From an uncultured Thermotogae bacterium (GTDB taxonomy: Bacteria; Bipolaricaulota; Bipolaricaulia; UBA7950; UBA9294): a stretch of DNA of 63,804 bases. Positions within the stretch are counted from its first letter, which is position 1. Each line of letters opens with the position of its first letter. The position numbers and the translations under genes were made by a program. The notes under the pieces are model-generated. The model was not told where the DNA came from. It did not search any database and was given only the letters and a program-made list of their open reading frames with translations. The stretch spans positions 1 to 63,804 of the forward strand of contig CAYUSW010000007.1 in assembly GCA_964447445.1 (NCBI GenBank), given 5' to 3'. Of this stretch, positions 1 through 8,837 are shown piece by piece.

Positions 1-468
1 CATGTACAGCCCGACGACGTCAATCACCTTCGCTACGAACTCAGGATCCGGCGACTGTGAGAAGGTACCGACGCGATGAGGTTTCAAGCGGTTCTCTCGC
101 AGGATGCGATGTACGGTACCCCGTCCTACCCCGGTCGCCTGTGCCAAGTTGCGCACGCTCCAGTGCGTTTCGTCAGGCGGAGTCGCTGCACACGCCGTTT
201 CGACGACCCGGAGCCGAGCGTCGTTGGTGTAGATCCGTGGGCGACCCGAGCGCGGCTGATCTGCGAGCCCGTCAAGGCCACTCTCCGCAAAGCGCTGTCG
301 CCACTGACTCACCATGCGGCGAGTCAGATCCACCTCTTGAGCGATGGCGGTGCTGGTCTTGCCTTCCGCTGCGAGGAGGACCGCTCGCGCACGCTGGACT
401 CTCCGGTACGGCTCGGTGCGCGATGCTGCCCACGCTTCGAGAACCTTTCGCTCTTCAGGACTCAACAT
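1..468 (-). CDS. IS630-family transposase, N-terminal part (3' end runs off the window)
   Basis: The minus-strand frame is open from ATG at 468 to position 1. It is absent from the ORF track because no stop is reached. Translation: MLSPEERKVLEAWAASRTEPYRRVQRARAVLLAAEGKTSTAIAQEVDLTRRMVSQWRQRFAESGLDGLADQPRSGRPRIYTNDARLRVVETACAATPPDETHWSVRNLAQATGVGRGTVHRILRENRLKPHRVGTFSQSPDPEFVAKVIDVVGLYM. The double HTH layout and the PRSGRP, LKPHR and DPEF..K..DVVGLY motifs are typical of IS630. Confidence 0.8.
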   Translation of the reverse strand, partial: MLSPEERKVLEAWAASRTEPYRRVQRARAVLLAAEGKTSTAIAQEVDLTRRMVSQWRQRFAESGLDGLADQPRSGRPRIYTNDARLRVVETACAATPPDETHWSVRNLAQATGVGRGTVHRILRENRLKPHRVGTFSQSPDPEFVAKVIDVVGLYM

Positions 469-548
469 CACTGTCGTTGCTCGTGGTGGCATGCCACAGC
501 ATACCAGATTCAGACCAAGCCGCACACCCACTAACGTGACGCGACACT
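1..548 (-). mobile_element. Partial IS630-family insertion sequence (one end only; the rest lies outside the window)
   Basis: Transposase ORF plus about 80 bp of upstream leader. The homology of the flanking ferredoxin-type gene breaks down near a TA dinucleotide at 548-549, and IS630 elements target TA. The exact inverted-repeat boundary cannot be defined without the other end. Confidence 0.5.
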
Positions 549-961
549 AGGCGGCATGGCGCCGACGGTGGGGCAGTCGCCGACGGAGACGCCGATGTTG
601 TGCTCAGCTCTGAGACCTGCATCGTCAAGCCCGGACAGCCGCATGGCGCGGCAGGCCGAGCCGTTTGCGCGTGCCTTCGGTTGGCCTCTTCCAAGCGCCT
701 CACTGCTTCTTCGCCCCGTGTCTTCAGCGGATGCCGGACTGTAGCCTGGATGTCAGAGTCCTCGCACTCGCGCTCTTCGATCTTCAGCGCTCCGGTTGGA
801 CGCGCGCCAATGCACTCGCCGAAGCCATCGCAGGTCTTCTCTCGCACGAGCCATGCTTTTCCGTCCACCACCTGAAGTGCCCCCTCGGCGCACCCGGTCT
901 GGCAGGCTCCGCATCCTGTGCATAGGGATCCGTCGATTGCAATGGTCTTCCGTCGCGGCAT
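549..961 (-). pseudogene. 4Fe-4S dicluster domain protein, 3'-truncated by the IS630 insertion
   Basis: ATG at 961 follows GGGGAG. Translation: MPRRKTIAIDGSLCTGCGACQTGCAEGALQVVDGKAWLVREKTCDGFGECIGARPTGALKIEERE...CGCPGLTMQ. It has a CxxCxxCxxxC motif plus a second CDGxGxC cluster. The track ORF (455-1033) then reads into IS sequence and stops inside the transposase start region. Confidence 0.55.
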
Positions 962-1102
962 GGATAGCTCCCCATGCGACGCTACCGGACCCCCACTCTC
1001 GCCGTCGGTGTTGCCTGAGGGACGAGAGTCCAAGACGTCTTCACGCAGCTTGACGGGAAGCGGCGCCGCGGACGCGCGCAGATAGCGTCCCTGCAGAGGA
1101 CC

Positions 1103-1735
1103 CTACTGCAGAAGACTCCAGAGTCCCCAGACGAGAAGCCCGACCAACGCCACGCCGAGCACGATCGCGGCGACGCCAAGGAAGACGTTGCCGCTCGCAC
1201 CGTCGGCCGCCGACGAGGACGCAGTCGCGGGAGATATCTCCCCAGGGGTAGGCGGCGTCTTCTGTGGTGACGCCTCGCCCGCGACGTCAGTCACCTCCCA
1301 GACCCACACCGCGGCGTCGACGATTGCCCCAAGCGTCCACACAAGGGATACCTTGAACCGATCGCCGTGCTGGAATGCATCGAGAAGGTCGATCTCGTCG
1401 GAGGTCTCCTCGCCCGGCAGAAGCGGCTTCGCGAAGTCGGCGCGTACGAGGGCTGCAAGCGGCTGGGGTTCCCCGTCGGTGGACACGATGAACGATCGAG
1501 CGGGATCGATGGTCAGCACGTTGGTGGAGTCATTGGCTACAGCCAGGCGCATCGATGTGAGGACGTTGCCCTCCCAGATTAGGTCGCTTGCCGCCACGTG
1601 CAGCCCGGCGAGCTTGGGGTCCCCGACGAGCCGCACGACAGGCGCAGCGTTCACCATCGCAGCAAACAGCACGACCGACAAGACCGCAGTAGCTGTTGCG
1701 AGCCGGCGAAGATGCGACGAATTCATGGGTCCCAC
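1103..1735 (-). CDS. Hypothetical secreted, C-terminally membrane-anchored protein
   Basis: 210-aa ORF with a signal peptide (RRLATATAVLSVVLFAAMVNA), a Pro/Ser/Thr/Ala linker and a terminal hydrophobic helix (VFLGVAAIVLGVALVGLLVWGLW). No family recognised. Confidence 0.6.
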   Translation of the reverse strand: MGPMNSSHLRRLATATAVLSVVLFAAMVNAAPVVRLVGDPKLAGLHVAASDLIWEGNVLTSMRLAVANDSTNVLTIDPARSFIVSTDGEPQPLAALVRADFAKPLLPGEETSDEIDLLDAFQHGDRFKVSLVWTLGAIVDAAVWVWEVTDVAGEASPQKTPPTPGEISPATASSSAADGASGNVFLGVAAIVLGVALVGLLVWGLWSLLQ

Positions 1736-2082
1736 CTCCTTGCAGGCATCTTAGCGCGGCGCGCGGGCCACGGCGAACGCGTGCGACTCCGATCGAGGCA
1801 CGGGCAGACGGCTCGCTGGACTTGTCGACGACCGGGGAGGATCCGTACGTTTGCCTCAGACGAGGCTGCTCCATGCCTTCGCCAAGACGAGCTCCAGCTC
1901 TGTGGATGGATCCACAGGCGTACGAACTTGTCCCGCTGGGCGAGAGCTCGGCTAGCGCGGGGCCTCGGTGTTCGTGCGGGGTGGGGACTGACGTGGCGGC
2001 GATGCTGTGCGACGATGAATGGCGGAGAAGGGTCTGGAATCTGCCAGCCGGGAGTGGAGTTCGATCTCAGAACTCACTCCTC

Positions 2083-2646
2083 TCAGTTGTCCCACGAGAT
2101 CGCCCGACGTAGCCACCATCTACCGCCATTCCGGCAGAGACAGGCGAGTCCGAACACGTACGCGTCGAAGAACGCGCCGAAGCCCTCTCCCGTAATCGAC
2201 AGGAGCATGCTCAGCACCATCGGGTAGTCCAACATCATTCTCTGGCGCCCGCAGGTCGTCCAGATCTCCTTGACGAGATCGCCGAGCGAGTGACGTCCCT
2301 GAGTGCGGCTCTAGATTCCCTGATCCAGCAAGTACGCTACGAGCGCCCCCTTGAGGTAGACAATGTACGAGCGCTGGTCGGAGGCTACCTGATCGGGGCG
2401 GGGCACGGGTGTTGGCGCTTGCTCTCCACTACGTGAGAATCCCGTCGCGGGTTCAGCACTGAACTCGGCTGCTTCTGGCTCGCATGCGGTGGCCACAGGA
2501 TGGTAGCGACTGGTGGAAAGGACGTGAGACGTGATCCCCTTTGTGCGGATCCTGAGCATCACTCCGACCGAGTGCGTGTGCGGAGAGGCGAGGTCGACTT
2601 CGTACGCGAGGGAGAGTCCTGCGCGGGTGAGGTCTGTTGGGGACAC
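2083..2646 (-). pseudogene. M61 (glycyl aminopeptidase)-like peptidase remnant with in-frame TAG and internal deletion
   Basis: A single minus-strand frame reads LAYEVDLASPHTHSVGVMLRI ... YLKGALVAYLLDQGI, then TAG (2311-2313), then SRTQGRHSLGDLVKEIW...GEGFGAFFDAYVFG. These pieces resemble the N-terminal and post-catalytic parts of M61 peptidases. The several-hundred-residue catalytic middle is missing. Confidence 0.4.
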
Positions 2647-2652
2647 GGGCTC

Positions 2653-3006
2653 CTAAGGCGCTTGGGCGGCAGTCTTGCCCGCGGACTCACTCGACGCGTC
2701 CGCGCCCGCGGCTTCCCACTGAATGGCCGTCGTCTCGTCACTGCTCGGCGCCCACGAGACTCGGGACCGACCGCTTGCAGTGAGTCCGCCGCCGGAAAAG
2801 GTGAAGGACTGCGCGGATCCGGAGTTGGGAGAGCGGGTCAGGAAGACCCCCGTGTCCCACGATGTGACGCGGACCGTCTGAGAGACGTCCATCGTGACCT
2901 CAGATGCCGTCGCGCCCGAGTCATCCCGGAGCGAGTCCGTGGTTCCGAGGCAGAAGAACGCGACCGCGCACAGCCAGAGCAAGACTACCGGGGCGACTCT
3001 CCTCAC
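2653..3006 (-). CDS. Hypothetical small secreted protein (start uncertain)
   Basis: GTG at 3006 gives MRRVAPVVLLWLCAVAFFCLG..., which is signal-like, followed by a Ser/Thr/Gly-rich body. The upstream part of the 185-aa track ORF looks non-coding. No family recognised. Confidence 0.35.
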   Translation of the reverse strand: MRRVAPVVLLWLCAVAFFCLGTTDSLRDDSGATASEVTMDVSQTVRVTSWDTGVFLTRSPNSGSAQSFTFSGGGLTASGRSRVSWAPSSDETTAIQWEAAGADASSESAGKTAAQAP

Positions 3007-3339
3007 AGCCCGCCTTGAGGGAGAGCATAGGGTGAGGGCAGGTACGCGAAATGGGACCGAACGTTCGAGATAGGTCGGGCGCACCTGTGAGCAAGACACG
3101 TCAGATGGGTACTGTATCGTAGCTTGCTTGTCCGAGGGAGAGGACTCGGATCCCTGGAGCGCGTCTCTGCTCGTCAGTAGGGGCGCCAACTCCTCGGTCT
3201 CTCCGTGCATCTCTCGCGGCAGCGCCGACCGGCTCGGCGCTTGGACGGTGTGTCCTGCTTGCGTACTCTTTCACTGTGCCCGCGGGACGGAGGGTCTAGA
3301 GTCATGTACCCGGGGTGCGAAGTATGGAGACGACGGAGG

Positions 3340-4257
3340 ATGATGAGGATGAGAGCGGCCTTCTGGAGGAGAACCTTGACTCTGGCGGCAGCTGGGCTTG
3401 CAGCTTTGGGGCTCACTGCGTGTGACTTGGAGGAGATCCTTGGCGCTCGCCACGAGGGCGTGCGAACGGAGACGGCGGCGTTCCCGGCATCGGGGAACCC
3501 GGTGGTTGAGATCACGAGTTCGAACGGAGCGGTCAGTGTGCGTGGCGTCGAGGGGCAGACGGACGTCCGCGTCACTGCCACAGTGCGTGCGCGGGGCAGA
3601 AGCCAGGCCCAGGCGGACGAGCGAGCCGCGGCGATCACCCTCCACATGGAGCAGCAGGGCTCGCGGATCGTCCTGTCCTACCGGTCGAGCGAGCAGGCCG
3701 AGGACGTGCGCCGGTTCGCGGGAGTGGCGTTCGACGTGTCCATGCCAGGCATCGTCGACCTCGTGGTCGGGACGAGCAACGGCGCCGTCTCCGTGTCGTC
3801 CCTGCAGGGGCGCTTTGATCTTCAGACCTCGAATGGAGAGATCAGCGTTGTCGATGCGGTGGGCCAGCTCCACGCCGAAACAAGCAACGGCCGGATCTCC
3901 GTCGAGCGAGCGCAGGGTGTCCTCGACCTCTCGACGTCGAATGGCGAGATCCGCATGATCGACGTGAGCGCGGCCTTTGACGCCGCAACGTCCAACGGGG
4001 CCATCACGTTCCGCGGCGCGGCCGTTGGAGACGCCAACAGCCTCCGCACAAGCAACGGACGGATCGGCATTGCGGTCTCGCCTGTCGCGTCGATCGAGTT
4101 CAAGGCCGAGACGTCGGTTGGAGCGATCACGTCGAGTCTCCCTCTGGTCGGCGACACGCAGGGCAAAGCGTGGCTCGCGACGCTGAATCCGCCTGCTTCT
4201 GCGAAGGTCGCGATGCAGACGAGCAACGGTGCGATCGAGATCGTCGGCCTGCCGTAG
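3340..4257 (+). CDS. DUF4097-like 'putative adhesin' lipoprotein
   Basis: Lipobox LAALGLTAC after a basic n-region. Nine copies of a TS(N/V)G(A/E/R)I-type beta-strand repeat. The start was chosen among ATGs at 3340, 3343 and 3349, just after GGAGG. Confidence 0.75.
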   Translation: MMRMRAAFWRRTLTLAAAGLAALGLTACDLEEILGARHEGVRTETAAFPASGNPVVEITSSNGAVSVRGVEGQTDVRVTATVRARGRSQAQADERAAAITLHMEQQGSRIVLSYRSSEQAEDVRRFAGVAFDVSMPGIVDLVVGTSNGAVSVSSLQGRFDLQTSNGEISVVDAVGQLHAETSNGRISVERAQGVLDLSTSNGEIRMIDVSAAFDAATSNGAITFRGAAVGDANSLRTSNGRIGIAVSPVASIEFKAETSVGAITSSLPLVGDTQGKAWLATLNPPASAKVAMQTSNGAIEIVGLP

Positions 4258-4344
4258 CGCGGCGGCGAGGGTGATACTGATTACAGACAGACTCCATGGG
4301 ATTCGACAGAATGGGGTGCTGGTTAGCCTCTGGAAAGAGGAGTA

Positions 4345-4382
4345 GCGGCCGCGGTTCTACATGACGCGGCCGCATCGTTTTT
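4345..4382 (+). terminator. Rho-independent terminator after the DUF4097 gene
   Basis: A 9-bp GC stem, gcggccgcg (4345-4353) pairing with cgcggccgc (4365-4373), with an 11-nt loop, followed by atcgttttt. Confidence 0.6.
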
Positions 4383-4404
4383 CCAGACTCCACCGTGTAC
4401 GCTG

Positions 4405-5019
4405 TTGCACATGGCGGATCGTCAGGCTCTTTGCGAGGCAGGCACCCGCATCAGTGTCGTGGGCACATGCGGCTCCGGGAAGACGACGACGGCTTCCGCT
4501 CTGGCGCAACGGCTCGGACTGGCGCACATCGAACTGGATGCCCTGTCGTGGGAGCCGAACTGGACCTCCGTACCGGACGAGGAGTTTCGCGTCGCGGTGG
4601 CTCGCGCAGCGGCAAGCGATCGCTGGGTGATCGACGGGAACTACAGCAAGGTACGAGACCTCGTGTGGGCACGCGCGGACACCGTCGTCTGGCTCGACTA
4701 CTCGTTCCCGCGCGTTTTCGCGCAGCTCCTTCGGCGCACATTCCGCCGGGCACTCCGCCGTGAGACTCTCTGGCACGGGAATCGGGAACGCCTGGCAACC
4801 GCGTTCTTCTCCCGCGACTCAATCCTCCTCTGGGCGATCAAGACCCACGGGCGCCGGAAACGCGAGTACGGGGAGCTCCTTGGCCGAAGCGAGAACCGAC
4901 GCCTGCGCGTCGTTCAGCTGCGGTCGCCACGGGAGGCACGCCAATGGCTGGCGCGGGTTCGCCCGCAGGCTCTCTGTTGTTACTCCACCCCATTGACTCC
5001 GACGGCGCTTTGCCGGTAG
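4405..5019 (+). CDS. P-loop NTPase, adenylate-kinase-like / topology-modulation (FlaR-like) family
   Basis: Walker A in ISVVGTCGSGKTT near the N-terminus, about 200 aa, with ...WVIDGNY...VVWLD... typical of small nucleotide-kinase-fold proteins. Confidence 0.65.
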   Translation: MHMADRQALCEAGTRISVVGTCGSGKTTTASALAQRLGLAHIELDALSWEPNWTSVPDEEFRVAVARAAASDRWVIDGNYSKVRDLVWARADTVVWLDYSFPRVFAQLLRRTFRRALRRETLWHGNRERLATAFFSRDSILLWAIKTHGRRKREYGELLGRSENRRLRVVQLRSPREARQWLARVRPQALCCYSTPLTPTALCR

Positions 5020-5049
5020 GTTGTACTAGCAAGAAGGAGGTGCAGGAGG

Positions 5050-5907
5050 ATGAAGAAGTTTCTCCTAGCAGTTGGTGTACTGGTTGCCCTCGGCCTGGGT
5101 GCTGTGATGGCTGCAGCGACAACGTACACGGTCGCTTCAGACACGACATGGCCGCCGTTTGAGTGGGCCGGGACGGATGGGAGTCTCTACGGCTTCGATC
5201 TGGATGTCGTGCGGCTCGTCGGGATTCTGCAGGGCTTCGACATCGAGATCACAAGCTACGATTGGGCCATCATCTTCGACGATGTGGGTATTGGTCGAAA
5301 AGACATCGGGGCGTCCGGCGCGACGATCAACGCCGAGCGCGAGCAGAAGGTCGACTTCTCCGCTCCGTACTGGACTTCGAACCAGGCAGTGATGGTCAAG
5401 GCGGATTCCGAGCTGAACATCGCGCAGGCTCTCTCACCCGGGCGGAAGATCGGTGCGCAGGTCGGGACTACGGGAGCCACGTGGGTACAAGAGCAGCTGA
5501 TTGACAAGGGAATCGCGGTTCAGCTTCTTGAGTACACGCTCTACCCGCTGGCGGTTCTTGACCTGGTGAATGGCAACATCGACGCGGTCGTCCAGGACGA
5601 GCCGGCGTCCCGCGCGAGCGCGGCCGCGGATGGTCGACTCCTGATCACGGGCGTCATCGAGACAGGCGAGCAGTTTGGCTTCTTCGTTGCGAACGGCGAC
5701 CCGAAGGGACTTCTGCCCAAAATCAACGCCGGAGTCACGGAACTCAAGTCCTCCGGCGCGTGGGACGATCTGATCGCGGCCTACATGGGCGGCGCGGACG
5801 TGGCCAAGATCGAGGCCGCGTGGAAGGCTGCGTCCAGCTTCCTCACCGCGAAGAACGTCGTCGGCTTCGCGCAGGCGCTGGCCGATGGGGTAGTAGGGGC
5901 TCCGTAG
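5050..5907 (+). CDS. Amino-acid ABC transporter substrate-binding protein (family 3)
   Basis: Signal peptide MKKFLLAVGVLVALGLGAVMAAA. The blocks YGFDLDVV, DIGASGATINAEREQKVDFSAPYW and NIDAVVQDEP are typical of polar amino-acid binding proteins. Confidence 0.85.
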   Translation: MKKFLLAVGVLVALGLGAVMAAATTYTVASDTTWPPFEWAGTDGSLYGFDLDVVRLVGILQGFDIEITSYDWAIIFDDVGIGRKDIGASGATINAEREQKVDFSAPYWTSNQAVMVKADSELNIAQALSPGRKIGAQVGTTGATWVQEQLIDKGIAVQLLEYTLYPLAVLDLVNGNIDAVVQDEPASRASAAADGRLLITGVIETGEQFGFFVANGDPKGLLPKINAGVTELKSSGAWDDLIAAYMGGADVAKIEAAWKAASSFLTAKNVVGFAQALADGVVGAP

Positions 5908-5941
5908 GAGGAAGACCTCGGAGAGACGTCGGAGAGACGTC

Positions 5942-5979
5942 GGAGAGGAACGTGGAGCATCGGCTCCACGTCCCTCTCC
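5942..5979 (+). terminator. Intercistronic stem-loop between binding-protein and permease genes (partial terminator or mRNA stabiliser)
   Basis: ggagagg-aa-cgtggagc (5942-5958), a 4-nt loop, then gctccacgt-ccctctcc (5963-5979). This gives about 16 paired positions with two bulges. It is preceded by a tandem 11-mer, cggagagacgt x2. Confidence 0.4.
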
Positions 5980-6010
5980 TGTAATCCAGCGCCGGCCGAA
6001 GGGAGCCATC

Positions 6011-6721
6011 ATGAGCGGCGCTCAGACGCTCTTGCAGAGCCTCGGTCCGTTCTTCACGAGAGGACTGCCGGAGACGGTCAAGATCACGGTGTTGCTCTTG
6101 CTGCTTGGGCTTGCGCTCGGCGTCTTGCTCGGGTTCACCCAGGTATACGGCCGGCGACCTTTTCGCTACTTGTGCGTAGGGTACGAGCAGATCTTCCGCG
6201 GCATTCCGCCGCTGGTGATGATTCTCATTCTTTACAGCGGACTTGCACGCTCTTTTCACGTCATGCTGCCGGCGACGACAGCCGCGGTCCTGGCGCTCGG
6301 TCTTCGCTCCGCGGCGTATCAGTCGCAGATCTTCCGCGGTGCGATTCAGGCCGTGCCGCCTGGACAGATGATGGCAGCGCGCTCCCTCGGGATGAGCAAG
6401 ATGCAGGCGATTCGATGCGTCATCCTTCCCCAGGCGTTTCGCTTGGCGCTCCCACCTTGGTCGAACGAGTACTCGGGCGTGATCAAGGACACGGCTTTCG
6501 CATGCTCCATCGGCGCGGCGGAGCTGACTCGCCAGGCTCAGCTTGCTATGACGCGTCTGGCCATGGTTCCGGACATCGGGACTCGTCTGATCCTTCCCGT
6601 CTTCCTCATCCTGGCCCTCTTCTACCTTGCGCTGACGTACGGAGGAAACGGACTCCTCGCGCTCTTGGAGCGGCGATTGCGCATCCCCGGATTCGAGATG
6701 AAAGGCAAGGTTGAGCGCTGA
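6011..6721 (+). CDS. Amino-acid ABC transporter permease
   Basis: Multi-TM protein with the FRGIPPLVMILILY and EAA-like (MAARSLGMSKMQAIRCVILPQA) motifs of His/Glu/Gln/Arg-type permeases. Confidence 0.85.
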   Translation: MSGAQTLLQSLGPFFTRGLPETVKITVLLLLLGLALGVLLGFTQVYGRRPFRYLCVGYEQIFRGIPPLVMILILYSGLARSFHVMLPATTAAVLALGLRSAAYQSQIFRGAIQAVPPGQMMAARSLGMSKMQAIRCVILPQAFRLALPPWSNEYSGVIKDTAFACSIGAAELTRQAQLAMTRLAMVPDIGTRLILPVFLILALFYLALTYGGNGLLALLERRLRIPGFEMKGKVER

Positions 6722-7506
6722 TGCCCGCAGGCACAGGGAACCATCTCGGCGATGTGATCCTCCGCGTGGAGGATCTTCACAAGCGATATGGCAAGGAGGA
6801 AGTCCTGAAGGGAGTGTCTCTTGAGCTCCGCCGCGGGGAAACGAAGGTTGTGATCGGACCCTCCGGAACGGGCAAGAGCACGCTCCTCCGCTGCATCAAC
6901 CAGCTGTCTGTCCCCGACAAGGGACGGGTCTGGCTCGACGACATCGAAATCACACACGCCCGCACGAACATCAATCACGTCCGAGCGCAGATCGGCTTCG
7001 TGTTTCAGGACTTCAACCTCTTCAACCACCTCACCGCGCTTCGCAATGTGAGCCTTGGGCTGATCAAGGTCCGAAAGATGCCGAAGGAGGCTGCGCTGGC
7101 GCGAGCGCGAGAGGAGCTGGCGAAGGTCGGCCTGGCCGCCAAGGCGGATTCATACCCGGCCGAGCTGTCCGGCGGCCAGAAGCAGCGTGTCTCGATCGCG
7201 CGCGCCTTAGCGATGGATCCGAAACTCATCTTGTTCGACGAGCCGACGTCGGCCCTGGATCCGGAGCTGATCGGCGAGGTTCTCGAAGTCATGATCCAGC
7301 TCGCGCGGGGCGGAATGACGATGATCGTCGTCTCGCACGAGATGGGATTCGCTCGCGCCGTCGCGGACAAGATCATCTTCATGGAGGGAGGCGGGATCCT
7401 CGAAGAGGGGACGCCGACCGAGTTGTTCTCTTGCCCGCGTTGCGAGCGGACGGCGCAGTTCCTGCGCAAGATCACCGAGCTCTATGGGGAGACCGACGCG
7501 CGATGA
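6721..7506 (+). CDS. Amino-acid ABC transporter ATP-binding protein
   Basis: Walker A GPSGTGKST, signature LSGGQKQRVSIARAL, Walker B ILFDEPTSALD. The start overlaps the upstream stop. Confidence 0.9.
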   Translation: MPAGTGNHLGDVILRVEDLHKRYGKEEVLKGVSLELRRGETKVVIGPSGTGKSTLLRCINQLSVPDKGRVWLDDIEITHARTNINHVRAQIGFVFQDFNLFNHLTALRNVSLGLIKVRKMPKEAALARAREELAKVGLAAKADSYPAELSGGQKQRVSIARALAMDPKLILFDEPTSALDPELIGEVLEVMIQLARGGMTMIVVSHEMGFARAVADKIIFMEGGGILEEGTPTELFSCPRCERTAQFLRKITELYGETDAR

Positions 7507-8195
7507 ACTACTTCGACTTCATCGGAATGGCGATGCCGCGCTTCCTTCGCGCGACCGTCGTCACACTCCAACTCACGGCGATAGGCGTCGGTGCGGGCTT
7601 CATCCTTGGGCTTGGGCTCGCGCTTGCCCGCGTCTACGCGAACCGCGTCGTGAGCGGCATCGCCAACGTGTACATCCAGTTCTTCCGCGGCACGCCGCTC
7701 GTCGTGCAGGTATTGATGATCTACTACGGACTCCCACCGTTCTTCGCTGCGATGGGGCTCTCTCCATTGAGTTCCTTTGCAGCGGTCTGCGTAGCGCTCG
7801 CGCTCAACAGCGCGGCGTACCAGGCCGAGTACTTCCGCGGGGCAATCCAGACGATCAGCTCAGGGCAGATGCTCGCGGCCCGGTCGATGGGAATGAGCAA
7901 GCCTCTTGCCGTGCGCACTGTGATCCTGCCCCAAGCTCTTCGGGTCGTCCTGCCGTCGTGGTCCAATGAGCTGATCTACACGCTGCTCTATTCATCCGTC
8001 GCGTACTTCGTTGCTCTGGAGGAGCTGACGTTTGCCAGCATGAAAGTTGCTGCCAAGTATGGGCGGGCGTTTGATGCCTACTCCGGGGCCGCCTTGATCT
8101 ATCTTCTGATCGTCGTGCTGCTGACTCGCGTTCTGGCCTACGCCGAAGCGCGGCTTCGAATCCCCGGCCTGTCGGTCGATGATCGCGCTCGGTAG
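7503..8195 (+). CDS. Amino-acid ABC transporter permease (second)
   Basis: ATG at 7503 forms an ATGA overlap with the ATPase stop. It carries FFRGTPLVVQVLMIYYG and an EAA-like motif (AARSMGMSKPLAVRTVILPQA). Confidence 0.85.
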   Translation: MNYFDFIGMAMPRFLRATVVTLQLTAIGVGAGFILGLGLALARVYANRVVSGIANVYIQFFRGTPLVVQVLMIYYGLPPFFAAMGLSPLSSFAAVCVALALNSAAYQAEYFRGAIQTISSGQMLAARSMGMSKPLAVRTVILPQALRVVLPSWSNELIYTLLYSSVAYFVALEELTFASMKVAAKYGRAFDAYSGAALIYLLIVVLLTRVLAYAEARLRIPGLSVDDRAR

Positions 8196-8240
8196 ACTGC
8201 AGGCGCCAGCGCCGGGCGCGCGCGAAGGGAGCGAGGAGAA

Positions 8241-8786
8241 GTGACCCACAGACCGGCCGCCGATGCAGTAATAGCGGCCGTTGCGCGCCGCCTCCCGACC
8301 GGAGACGTTCGCTCGGTGGTCGTGGCGAGCAGCAGCGGGCAAACGGCGGTCCGGTTTCTCGAAGCGTTGTCCGGCAGCGACGCGTCCCTCATCTGCGTGA
8401 CACATCATGCCGGGTTTCGGTCCGGCGATGACGTCGACCTTCGGCCGGACTACGCCGCGCACCTGCGCGAGGCGGGCGTCCCGATCGTTGTTGCTACGCA
8501 TGCGCTGTCGGGAGTTGGTCGTTCGATCTCGACGCAGTTCGGCGGCGTGACGCCGGTCGAGCTCATTGCCCACACGCTGCGGTTGTTCGGTCAGGGAATG
8601 AAGGTGTGCGTCGAGATCGCCGTCATGGCCGCGGACGCCGGAGCCATCCCGACGGACCACGATGTGATCTGCGTTGGCGGCACCGGCCGCGGCGCCGACA
8701 CGGCCGTCGTTCTCCGTCCGGCGCACATGAACCGGTTCTTCGAGCTTCGCATTCGCGAGGTCCTCTGCAAGCCGTGCGACGTCTAG
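8241..8786 (+). CDS. Stand-alone pyruvate-kinase alpha/beta (C-terminal)-domain-like protein
   Basis: GTG start, 181 aa. The pattern VVVASSSGQTA...VCVEIAVMAADAG...CVGGTGRGADTAVV recalls the PK C-terminal domain family. Assignment is by eye only. Confidence 0.5.
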   Translation: MTHRPAADAVIAAVARRLPTGDVRSVVVASSSGQTAVRFLEALSGSDASLICVTHHAGFRSGDDVDLRPDYAAHLREAGVPIVVATHALSGVGRSISTQFGGVTPVELIAHTLRLFGQGMKVCVEIAVMAADAGAIPTDHDVICVGGTGRGADTAVVLRPAHMNRFFELRIREVLCKPCDV

Positions 8787-8837
8787 GCGGGATGACGCCT
8801 CGCGAGGCAGGCGCCGCTCCCGACGCCGAGGTGGACG

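Noticed and set aside
2311-2313. In-frame TAG considered as a recoding or pyrrolysine site
   Set aside because: The interrupted gene also lacks its entire catalytic core, and no pyl genes or recoding signals are seen. A pseudogene is the simpler explanation.
8150-8166. GCTTCGAATCCCC string resembling a tRNA T-arm
   Set aside because: It lies inside the second permease CDS (codons for RLRIPG). No acceptor or anticodon stems can be drawn around it. A similar string at about 6685 closes the paralogous permease gene.
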